Shown: piece by piece, positions 52,268 through 60,025 of the stretch
Position numbering within the stretch: the first letter of the stretch is position 1
Layout of the letters: each line of letters begins with the position of its first letter
From: Chloroflexota bacterium
Lineage (GTDB): Bacteria; Chloroflexota; Dehalococcoidia; DSTF01; RBG-16-68-14
Assembly: GCA_022565155.1 (NCBI GenBank)
Contig: JADFKB010000003.1
Coordinates: 2,801-66,800 of the forward strand
Direction of reading: 5' to 3'
DNA length: 64,000 bases
Notes under the pieces: model-generated
What the model was told of the DNA's origin: nothing
Database searches by the model: none
The model's input: only the letters and a program-made list of their open reading frames with translations
Position numbers and translations under genes: made by a program

Positions 52268-53680
52268 CTACTCGATGCAGCAGCTCATCACGCTGATGTC
52301 GCGAACGAAGGCCTGCGCGGCGAGCTTGATACCCTCACTCATCGTCGGGAAGACGTGCACGGTGTCGATGATGTCGTCGACGGTGAGGCCGAACTTCACG
52401 GCGAGGACCGCCTCGTGAATCAGGTCCGCCGCGTCAGGCGCCACCATGTGCACGCCCAGGATTTTGCTGGACTCCGGGTGGATGACCATCTTGATCAGGC
52501 CACGCTCCTCCTTGATAGCCTTCGCCTTCGGGATGCGCGAGACTTCGACCGTCCGGCAGGCGCAAGCGTTGTAGCGTCGCATCTCCTCCTCCTCCGTCAG
52601 GCCGACGGTCGCGACCTGCGGGTTAGTAAAAACGGCAGCCGGGATCGTGTCGTAGTCGATCGTCCGCTTCGCGTTTTCGAAGGCGTTGGCGGTAGCGATC
52701 ATCCCTTCCTTGGCGGCCAGCGCCTCAAGGAACATCTTTCCGGCCACGTCCCCTGCTGCGTAGACGTTTGGCACCGATGTCTCCATGTGTTCGTTTACCT
52801 CGATGAAGCCACGCTTGTTGATGATCACGCCGGCCGCCTCCAAGCCCATGTCGTCCGAGTTGGGGACTACACCAGTGGCGAGAAGGAGCTGGTCGGCCTG
52901 AAAGATCCGCTTCTCGCCCATTACGTCTGCCTCCACGAACCTGGTCTCGCCCTGCTGCCAGACGCGCTCGATATTGCAGGCGCAATGGATCTCCATGCCC
53001 TCAGCTTCCAGTGTCCGCTGGAGCTCGTCGGCGATTTCTGGCTCGGTGCGGGGGAGGATCTGCGGGATCTTCTCCAGCACCGTCACCTTGGTGCCGAAGT
53101 GGAGGAACATCTGCCCGAGCTCGAGCCCGATAGGGCCAGCGCCGATGACGATCATCGAATCGGGCAGCGCCTCCAGATCCATCACCTCCCGATTGGTGAC
53201 GTACTGAACGCCTTCGATGCCAGTAAACGGCAGGATAGACGGGCGGGTGCCGGTGGCGACGAGGAACTTCTCAGCGGTCAGGCGCTGGCCGTTCACTTCC
53301 ACCTCTTCGGGCGAGACGAACCGTGCGCGCCCTTCGATGTATTCGACGTCGCGCAGGCTGGCGAGCACATCCGTGTAGTTGGACTCCCGAAGTGCTCCAA
53401 CCAGCCGCTGCTTCTCGTCGATGGCGGTTTTGAAGTCGAACGCTGAGTTGTGCCCGTTCTTCAAGGCATCGAAATTAGATCTTTGAGGATAGAAGTACTC
53501 GTCACCAACCGCGAGAAGGTGTTTGCTGGGAACGCAGCCGACGTTCACGCAGGTGCCGCCAACGGGAAGGCCATCGTTGATCATGGCTATGCGCAAGCCT
53601 AGCTCCGAGGCTTTGGTCGCGGCAGCGAAGGCGCCTGCCCCAGCGCCGATGATGATGAAGTCGTACTGATCCGTGGTCAT
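52268..53680 (-). CDS. merA: mercuric reductase (core MerA without the N-terminal NmerA metal-binding domain)
   Basis: FAD GxGxxG (IIIGAGAGAF), redox-active GGTCVNVGCVPSK, and C-terminal ..FPTMSEGIKLAAQAF.RDISVMSCCIE with the vicinal Cys pair that distinguishes MerA from other disulfide reductases. Confidence 0.85.
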   Translation of the reverse strand: MTTDQYDFIIIGAGAGAFAAATKASELGLRIAMINDGLPVGGTCVNVGCVPSKHLLAVGDEYFYPQRSNFDALKNGHNSAFDFKTAIDEKQRLVGALRESNYTDVLASLRDVEYIEGRARFVSPEEVEVNGQRLTAEKFLVATGTRPSILPFTGIEGVQYVTNREVMDLEALPDSMIVIGAGPIGLELGQMFLHFGTKVTVLEKIPQILPRTEPEIADELQRTLEAEGMEIHCACNIERVWQQGETRFVEADVMGEKRIFQADQLLLATGVVPNSDDMGLEAAGVIINKRGFIEVNEHMETSVPNVYAAGDVAGKMFLEALAAKEGMIATANAFENAKRTIDYDTIPAAVFTNPQVATVGLTEEEEMRRYNACACRTVEVSRIPKAKAIKEERGLIKMVIHPESSKILGVHMVAPDAADLIHEAVLAVKFGLTVDDIIDTVHVFPTMSEGIKLAAQAFVRDISVMSCCIE

Positions 53681-53696
53681 TGCGGGGACTCCCTTC

Positions 53697-54050
53697 TTAC
53701 GAGATCTCTTCGTTCAGGCGGAGGCAAGACTTCACGGCCTCCGCGTTGTCAGCCATGACCGTGCGGGCGAGATCGATGAGCTCGGACACACGACGATCGG
53801 TAATGCGGTAGTAGATGAACTTGCCTTCCCGCCGGGTGCCGATGTAGCCGCACCAGCGCAGACAGCCCAGGTGGCTGCTTACCCGAGCCTGTGGTACGCC
53901 CAGACGTTGCACCAGTTCGGAGACGTTCTTTTCCCCCTCTAGCAGCAATTCGATGATGCGAACGCGGGTGGGATCTGCCAAAACTTGAAAGAATCGAGTG
54001 ACAAGATCTACCTCAAGTTCGTACGTGGTTGCGGTCGTTATAGTAGTCAT
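53697..54050 (-). CDS. ArsR/SmtB family transcriptional regulator, copy 2 (probable mer operon repressor)
   Basis: Near-identical to copy 1. First gene of the arsR-merA-rhodanese' operon, divergent from ppdK. Confidence 0.85.
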   Translation of the reverse strand: MTTITTATTYELEVDLVTRFFQVLADPTRVRIIELLLEGEKNVSELVQRLGVPQARVSSHLGCLRWCGYIGTRREGKFIYYRITDRRVSELIDLARTVMADNAEAVKSCLRLNEEIS

Positions 54051-54061
54051 ATCTGATTTAA

Positions 54062-54090
54062 AGGATATATTAATATTGGCATCTTGTCAA
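54062..54090 (-). promoter_or_regulatory. promoter of arsR copy 2 / merA operon
   Basis: Minus strand reads TTGACA (54090..54085), 17 nt, then TATCCT (54067..54062). The inverted repeat ATATC-N10-GATAT overlaps the start region. Confidence 0.45.
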
Positions 54091-54165
54091 GAGCGCCGTT
54101 GGTGCTGAAGCGCTTTCGTAGCGGCAATCCGGTACACGGATAAGACAAGCACCCGCGTCGTGCCG

Positions 54166-54174
54166 TGATATAAT
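54166..54174 (+). promoter_or_regulatory. extended -10 promoter element for ppdK
   Basis: TGaTATAAT (TG at 54166..54167, TATAAT at 54169..54174), about 74 nt upstream of the ppdK ATG. The identical element is duplicated at 51550..51558. Confidence 0.45.
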
Positions 54175-54247
54175 GCCCGCGTCCCATGGAATCGGACTGG
54201 ATCGCTTCGCTGCTCGCGCCTGCTGGCTCAGTGAAGAGGAGTCGCTG

Positions 54248-57200
54248 ATGACAGACCGCAAGTACGTCTATCTCTTCCCAGAGGGGGATAGAGACCAGAA
54301 GGATCTGCTGGGCGGTAAGGGCGCCAACCTGGCGGAGATGACTAACCTGGGCCTTCCCGTTCCCCCCGGCTTCACCATCACCACCCAGGCCTGCAACGAC
54401 TACATCCAAGGCGGCACGACGATGCCGGAAGGGCTGCTGGATCAGGTGCAATCGGCGCTGCGGCAGGTGGAGGAGCAGACGGGCAAGAGCCTGGGCGATC
54501 CAGAACGGCCGCTGCTCGTCTCCGTCCGCTCCGGCGCGAAGTTCTCCATGCCCGGCATGATGGACACGATCTTGGACCTGGGCCTGAACGACGCGACGTT
54601 GCAAGGGCTGATCGCGGCGACAGGCGACGCCCGCTTCGGCTACGACTCGCTCCGTCGCTTCATCATGATGTACGGCGACATCGTCCTCTCCATCGACCGG
54701 CGCAAGTTCGATGCGATCTTCGAGGAAGCGAAAGAGAAGGCGGGCGTCGATGACGACGCTGATCTGCCCGCGGATGCGCTGCAGAAGGTCGTCACGCAGT
54801 TCCGCGCGCTCGTGCGGCAGGAACGGGGCTCCGATTTCCCGGACGACCCGATGCAGCAGTTGGAGCTGGCGATCCGCGCGGTGTTCGATTCCTGGAACAA
54901 CGAGCGCGCTGTCCACTACCGCAAGATCGAGAACATCCCGGACGACCTCGGTACCGCCGTCAACGTCCAGGCGATGGTCTTCGGTAACATGGGCGGCGAT
55001 TCCGGCTCCGGCGTCGCCTTCACGCGCGATCCGGTATCCGGCGAGCGCACCATCTGGGGCGAGTACATGGCGAACGCCCAGGGCGAGGACGTCGTCTCCG
55101 GCATCCGCACGCCGATGCCGATCGCCGCGCTGAAAGAGGAGAACCGCGCCCTCTACGACGAGTTCGCCGCCGTCGCGGAGAAGCTTGACCTGCACTATCG
55201 CGACGCCATGGACATCGAGTTCACCGTGGAGCAAGGGAAGCTCTACATGCTCCAGTGCCGCGTCGGCAAGCGAACGACGCGCGCCGCCGTCACCATCGCC
55301 GTCGATATGGTGCACGAAGGGCTGATTAGTAAAGAGGAGGCCGTGCTGCGCGTCGCGCCGAACCGGCTCGATGAGCTGCTCCACCCCCAGCTCGACCCGG
55401 GCGTCCAGACTGTGCCGCTGGCGGAGATCGGATCCCAGGCGGCGCAGGCGGCGCGAGGCCGGGCGGAGATGATCTTCACCATCCCCGAGCGGGGCGTCGA
55501 GCGGCTGCGCAAGGTCGGTGCGCTGCCGACGGCGGCGCTGCTCAGCTTCGCCGGCGCGCGCGCGCTCGGCACGCTGCGCGTCGCGGACTGGCGCGATATG
55601 GACGAAGAGCAGCGCGCAGCGTTCCTGCAGGAGGCGCGCTTCCTGGAGATGGCGCAAGGACTGGCCGCATCGCCCGGCGCGGCCGCTGGCGCGTCCGTCT
55701 TCGATCCGGACACAGCGGCCAAGCTCGGCCACGAAGGCAAGGACGTGATCCTCGTGAGAAAGGAGACGTCGCCGGACGATATCCACGGGATGCAAGCCTC
55801 CCGCGGCGTGCTGACGCAGCGCGGCGGCATGTCCAGCCACGCGGCCCTGGTCGCGCGCGGCTTCGGCATCCCCTGTGTCAGCGGCTGCGAGGCGATCGAC
55901 GTCGACGAGAGCCGCCGCTCCATGCGCGTCGGCGAGCTTGACGTCTCCGAAGGCCAGCTGATCACCATCGATGGCTCCAGCGGCCGCGTGCTGCTTGGCC
56001 TGATCCCGTCGGTTGAAGCGGAGCTGTTCCCGAAGTTTACCGAGTTCCTCTCCTGGGCCGACGACATTCGCCGCTTGGGCGTCCGCACGAACGCCGACAC
56101 GCCGCAGGACGCCGCCAAGGCCGTCGAGTTCGGCGCGGAGGGCATAGGCCTCTGCCGGACGGAGCACATGTTCCTGGAGAAAGACCGGCTGCCCGTCGTG
56201 CGCGAGATGATCCTCGCCGCCGCCCAGGCGAAGGCGCTGGAGGCCGATGTGCTGGCGCTCGACAAGGAGCACGCCGCTGCGGAAGGCGAGCAGCGGCAGC
56301 GGCTGGAGGAGCGGCTTTCGGAGCTGCGCGGCCGGTTGGAAGGCCCGATGGGCAAGTACCGCGGCTCGCTCGACCGCCTCGAGCCGATGCAGCAGAGCGA
56401 CTTCGAGGCGATCTTCCGGGTGCTGGGCGGCCGTCCGGTCACCATCCGCCTGATCGACCCGCCGATGCACGAGTTTCTGCCGGACCACGACGAGCTGCTC
56501 GAATCGGTCGCTCGCCTGCGCGTCTCCGCGCCGCAGTCGCCGGAGCTGCGGGAGAAGGAGACGTTGCTGCGCCAGGTAGACGCCCTGCGCGAGGTGAACC
56601 CGATGCTCGGTCTGCGCGGCTGCCGGCTGGGCATCCTCTACCCGGAAGTGAACGAGATGCAGGTGCGCGCCATCTTCCGCGCCGCGGCGACGGTAACGAG
56701 AGACGGTGTGCAGGTGCAGCCAGAGGTGATGATTCCGCTCGTCGGCTTTGCGAGCGAGTTGAAGCGGCTGCGGTCGCTGCTGGAGCGCGTCGCAAGGGAC
56801 ACCATGCAGGAGGAAGACGTGGAGGTGCCGTACCTGTTCGGCACGATGATCGAGCTGCCGCGCGCCGCACTGACCGCGGGCGAGATCGCCGGCGAAGCGG
56901 AGTTCTTCTCGTTCGGCACGAACGATCTGACGCAGACAACGCTGGGCTTCAGCCGCGATGACGCCGAGGCGAGCTTCCTCAGCCACTACCTGGACGAGGG
57001 GATATTGGCCGACAACCCGTTCGAGACGATCGACCAGGCCGGCGTCGGCGCGCTCGTGCGGCAGGCGGTGAAAGAGGGGCGTAAAGCGCGCCCGAACCTG
57101 AAACTCGGTATCTGCGGCGAACACGGCGGCGACCCGCGCTCGATCGAGTTTTTTCACCAGGCTGGCCTCGACTACGTGAGCTGCTCGCCCTACCGCGTGC

Positions 57201-57265
57201 CGATCGCCCGCCTCGCCGCCGCCCACGCCACACTGGCGGACGGTGCGCGGGACGGGGACAAGTAG
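54248..57265 (+). CDS. ppdK: pyruvate, phosphate dikinase
   Basis: MTDRKYVYLF..GGKGANLAEM.., the phospho-His region ..RGGMSSHAALVARG.., and the C-terminal PEP-utiliser TIM barrel ..GICGEHGGDP. ATG 54248 is preceded by GAGGAG. The track start 54173 is an over-extension. Confidence 0.95.
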   Translation: MTDRKYVYLFPEGDRDQKDLLGGKGANLAEMTNLGLPVPPGFTITTQACNDYIQGGTTMPEGLLDQVQSALRQVEEQTGKSLGDPERPLLVSVRSGAKFSMPGMMDTILDLGLNDATLQGLIAATGDARFGYDSLRRFIMMYGDIVLSIDRRKFDAIFEEAKEKAGVDDDADLPADALQKVVTQFRALVRQERGSDFPDDPMQQLELAIRAVFDSWNNERAVHYRKIENIPDDLGTAVNVQAMVFGNMGGDSGSGVAFTRDPVSGERTIWGEYMANAQGEDVVSGIRTPMPIAALKEENRALYDEFAAVAEKLDLHYRDAMDIEFTVEQGKLYMLQCRVGKRTTRAAVTIAVDMVHEGLISKEEAVLRVAPNRLDELLHPQLDPGVQTVPLAEIGSQAAQAARGRAEMIFTIPERGVERLRKVGALPTAALLSFAGARALGTLRVADWRDMDEEQRAAFLQEARFLEMAQGLAASPGAAAGASVFDPDTAAKLGHEGKDVILVRKETSPDDIHGMQASRGVLTQRGGMSSHAALVARGFGIPCVSGCEAIDVDESRRSMRVGELDVSEGQLITIDGSSGRVLLGLIPSVEAELFPKFTEFLSWADDIRRLGVRTNADTPQDAAKAVEFGAEGIGLCRTEHMFLEKDRLPVVREMILAAAQAKALEADVLALDKEHAAAEGEQRQRLEERLSELRGRLEGPMGKYRGSLDRLEPMQQSDFEAIFRVLGGRPVTIRLIDPPMHEFLPDHDELLESVARLRVSAPQSPELREKETLLRQVDALREVNPMLGLRGCRLGILYPEVNEMQVRAIFRAAATVTRDGVQVQPEVMIPLVGFASELKRLRSLLERVARDTMQEEDVEVPYLFGTMIELPRAALTAGEIAGEAEFFSFGTNDLTQTTLGFSRDDAEASFLSHYLDEGILADNPFETIDQAGVGALVRQAVKEGRKARPNLKLGICGEHGGDPRSIEFFHQAGLDYVSCSPYRVPIARLAAAHATLADGARDGDK

Positions 57266-57308
57266 GGGCGGTTCGCGACCCGCCCCTGCCCTTGCGGACA
57301 TCTCGACC

Positions 57309-58124
57309 ATGACCGAACTAGAGAAGATCGCCGAAGGCCGCGAGGCGGAGATCTTTGCCTGGCAGAACGGCAGCGTATTGAGGCTGATGCGCAGCCGGGA
57401 CGCCGGGCAGGCCGTTGCGTCGCAGGCGATCGCGATGAAGGCCGCGCTTGCGGCCGGCGTCGACGTGCCGGAGGTGCGCGGCACGGAGACCGTCGACGGG
57501 CGGCCCGGCCTGATCATGGAGCGCATCGATGGACCGGACATGCTGACGCTCATCGGCAAGAAGCCGTGGCTGATCTTCTCCGGCGCGCGCATCTTTGGCA
57601 GGCTGCACGCTCAGATGCACCAGACGGAGGCGCCGGCCGATCTCCCCAATCTGCGCGAGCGGATGCGGCGGCGGATCGAAGGCTCCAAGCGTGTGCCGCC
57701 GGAGCTGGCCGAGTTCGCCTGCTCTCATCTCGATACGCTGCCCGACGCCGGCCGGCTCTGCCACGGCGACTTCCACCCCGCCAACATCATCTGGAACGAA
57801 GATCGGCAGTCGATCATCGACTGGTCGAACGTGGCGCGTGGCGACCCTGCCGCCGACTACGCCCGCACGATGCTGATGCTCCGCCTGGCCGACCCGCCGC
57901 CGGGCTCGCCGCTGCCGCTGCGTTTGCTTGCGCTCGTCGGCCGCCGGCTGCTGATCCGCTTCTACCAGCGCGAGTATCGCAGGAAGCGCACGCTGGACGG
58001 CGCGCTGGTCGAACGCTGGGACGTGCCGGTGATGGCGAACCGGCTGGAGGATGGTATCGAAGAGGAGCAGCCGAAGATACTGAAACTGCTGGAAGAGCGG
58101 CTGACGGCCTCACAACGATCGTAA
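57309..58124 (+). CDS. phosphotransferase (APH/choline kinase-like) family protein
   Basis: ..LCHGDFHPANIIWNEDRQSIIDWSNV.. (Brenner motif plus DxD-like region). The start is uncertain (ATG 57309 against the track start 57243). Confidence 0.7.
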   Translation: MTELEKIAEGREAEIFAWQNGSVLRLMRSRDAGQAVASQAIAMKAALAAGVDVPEVRGTETVDGRPGLIMERIDGPDMLTLIGKKPWLIFSGARIFGRLHAQMHQTEAPADLPNLRERMRRRIEGSKRVPPELAEFACSHLDTLPDAGRLCHGDFHPANIIWNEDRQSIIDWSNVARGDPAADYARTMLMLRLADPPPGSPLPLRLLALVGRRLLIRFYQREYRRKRTLDGALVERWDVPVMANRLEDGIEEEQPKILKLLEERLTASQRS

Positions 58125-58166
58125 GGGCGATTCGCGAAGGCGACTATATGGAGGAAAGGAACGACG

Positions 58167-58979
58167 ATGACTGACAGCGTGCTGATCTACGAAAAGCGCG
58201 GCCACATCGCCTACATCACGATGAACCGGCCGGAGGCGCGGAACGCGATCAACCCCGAGATGATGGTGCGGCTGGCCGACGCCTGGCTGGACTACGCCGG
58301 CGACGACGAGCTGCGCGTCGCGATCATCACCGGCGCGGGCGACAAGGCGTTCTGCGCCGGCGCCGACCTGAAACGCCTCATTCCGCTGATGACCGGCGCT
58401 CGCCAGCCTGAGGACGAGTGGGATAACAAACTCCGGAGCGACCCGTCGATAGGGCGGACGGCTCTCCTGCACGGCTACAACCTCTACAAGCCGGTGGTCA
58501 GCGCGGTCCAGGGCCATTGCCTCGCGGCTGGCACGGAGCTGATGCAGGCGACCGATATTCGCATCGCCGCTGATACCGCGCAGATCGGCCTGCAGGAGGT
58601 GAAGCGCGGCATCGTGCCCGCGGGCGGCGGGCTCGCCCGGCTGCCGCGCCAGATACCGTTCGCCAAGGCGATGGAGATACTCCTCGTCGGCGACAGCATC
58701 TCGGCCGAGGAGGCGCGGCTGTGCGGCCTGGTTAACTACGTCGTGCCTGCGTCCGAGCTGACGGCGAAGGCGGAAGAGTTTGCCCAGAAGATCGCCGCCA
58801 ACGGCCCGCTGGCGGTGCGTAAGGCCAAGGAAGCGGTGCTACGCACGTCCGGCCTGTCGCTGGAGGAGGCCTGGGCGGTGGAGAATGAGATCATCCCTGA
58901 AGTCATGCGCAGCGAGGACGCCCGCGAAGGCCCGCTCGCCTTCATGGAGAAGCGCCCGCCGCAGTGGAAAGGGCGGTAG
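58167..58979 (+). CDS. enoyl-CoA hydratase/isomerase (crotonase) family protein
   Basis: ..ITMNRPEARNAI.., ..ITGAGDKAFCAGADLK.., ..GHCLAAGTELMQATD.. Confidence 0.9.
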   Translation: MTDSVLIYEKRGHIAYITMNRPEARNAINPEMMVRLADAWLDYAGDDELRVAIITGAGDKAFCAGADLKRLIPLMTGARQPEDEWDNKLRSDPSIGRTALLHGYNLYKPVVSAVQGHCLAAGTELMQATDIRIAADTAQIGLQEVKRGIVPAGGGLARLPRQIPFAKAMEILLVGDSISAEEARLCGLVNYVVPASELTAKAEEFAQKIAANGPLAVRKAKEAVLRTSGLSLEEAWAVENEIIPEVMRSEDAREGPLAFMEKRPPQWKGR

Positions 58980-59015
58980 GCTCCCCTCACCCCCCGCCTG
59001 CGGCTGACAGGCCGG

Positions 59016-59041
59016 CCCCTCTCCCTCGCGAGGGAGAGGGG
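59016..59041. terminator. perfect 26-nt GC-rich palindrome between convergent genes (bidirectional terminator / REP-like unit)
   Basis: CCCCTCTCCCTCG|CGAGGGAGAGGGG, located between the crotonase stop (58979) and the SIR2-like stop (59073). Confidence 0.5.
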
Positions 59042-59072
59042 TGAACGGTAGGCTCAAGACGAAAGCTAAGAC

Positions 59073-60017
59073 TCAGGTGCGGACGCAAGCATTCTGCCAG
59101 TTGTAAATCGTGGAGTCTCCAGCCGGAGGCGGCTTGGCCCAAGAGATCGTCGCATGAGGCCAAACAACATGAGCTGCCTGTGTATTGTCTTGAATGTCAA
59201 TTAGGAGAACCAATTCAATGTCCTTCGCCACCCGGAGCAGGCTTAGCAGTGCCTCATCGTAAGGGTTGAAGGCGAAGCCAAAAACTACCAGACCTTTCGC
59301 ATTCAGGAGAATGCGTTCTGCTAAGTTCCAGACATCTTTGAGAGAATGCGGTACTGCCTTTTCCGGTGTCGGGGCGACAATCAGAGCGTTGCCAGTCAAC
59401 CCGCGCCTCCCGTCCGTATAGCGCTCACTCTCATCCCATGAAATACTGCCGTGAATCTTTGCTAATGGGGTAGGGCCTGTCAGCCTAACCGGGTTTCTCC
59501 ATGTGGACACTGGATAGGGACCTCGCCCTGTCAGCCGCTGTCCTGGGACTCCATAGTGGAAGCCCTTTGTTCCAAGTGCGTATTCGATCACCATGTCGTA
59601 GTTCGGGGTTATGATTCCCTGCATTAGGGATTGAGGGAAGCGGCGCAGAAAGTCTCTCGCACTGACAACACCAGGCTGGGAAGTCGCGCGCTTCTCGTCA
59701 ATCATCAGGACGTGTCTTCTCCAGCGACCCGCATGGAACTCTTCCCAAATGAATGGCTCAGACAGTCTCCGAGCGAGATACCATAGAAGGAGTTGACGGT
59801 CTTGAGTCGAGGAATCAAGCAGGTCGGCGGCAAACTGCTCAGCTAAACCGCCCGGGCGAGACCTATCCCATTGCTGTTTGAGCGAACGAAGGGTGCTCAA
59901 CCTCTGATTTTCTCGGACACCCCAGGGCTTTACCTCGAAGTCGAAAAGCTGCGGAGCAACCGGTAGATCGACTGACCACTTCGAAAAGCCAGCGCCAAGT
60001 AGTAGGGCTAATTCCAT
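59073..60017 (-). CDS. SIR2_2-type (SIR2-like, PF13289-like) protein, stand-alone 314 aa
   Basis: LLLGAGFSKW (GAGxS), IITPNYDMVIEYAL (TxNYD) and LAKIHGSISW (KxHGS) motifs. Visibly lower G+C than its neighbours. ATG 60017 (or TTG 60020) lies 5-8 nt after the glmS stop. Confidence 0.8.
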   Translation of the reverse strand: MELALLLGAGFSKWSVDLPVAPQLFDFEVKPWGVRENQRLSTLRSLKQQWDRSRPGGLAEQFAADLLDSSTQDRQLLLWYLARRLSEPFIWEEFHAGRWRRHVLMIDEKRATSQPGVVSARDFLRRFPQSLMQGIITPNYDMVIEYALGTKGFHYGVPGQRLTGRGPYPVSTWRNPVRLTGPTPLAKIHGSISWDESERYTDGRRGLTGNALIVAPTPEKAVPHSLKDVWNLAERILLNAKGLVVFGFAFNPYDEALLSLLRVAKDIELVLLIDIQDNTQAAHVVWPHATISWAKPPPAGDSTIYNWQNACVRT

Positions 60018-60025
60018 CAAGGTTC

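Noticed and set aside
58981-60025. I searched the flanks of the SIR2-like gene for Tn7-like end repeats (TGT..ACA with repeated 22-mers), a target-site duplication or an integrase remnant
   Set aside because: None is recognisable by eye. Only the generic 26-nt palindrome at 59016..59041 is present.
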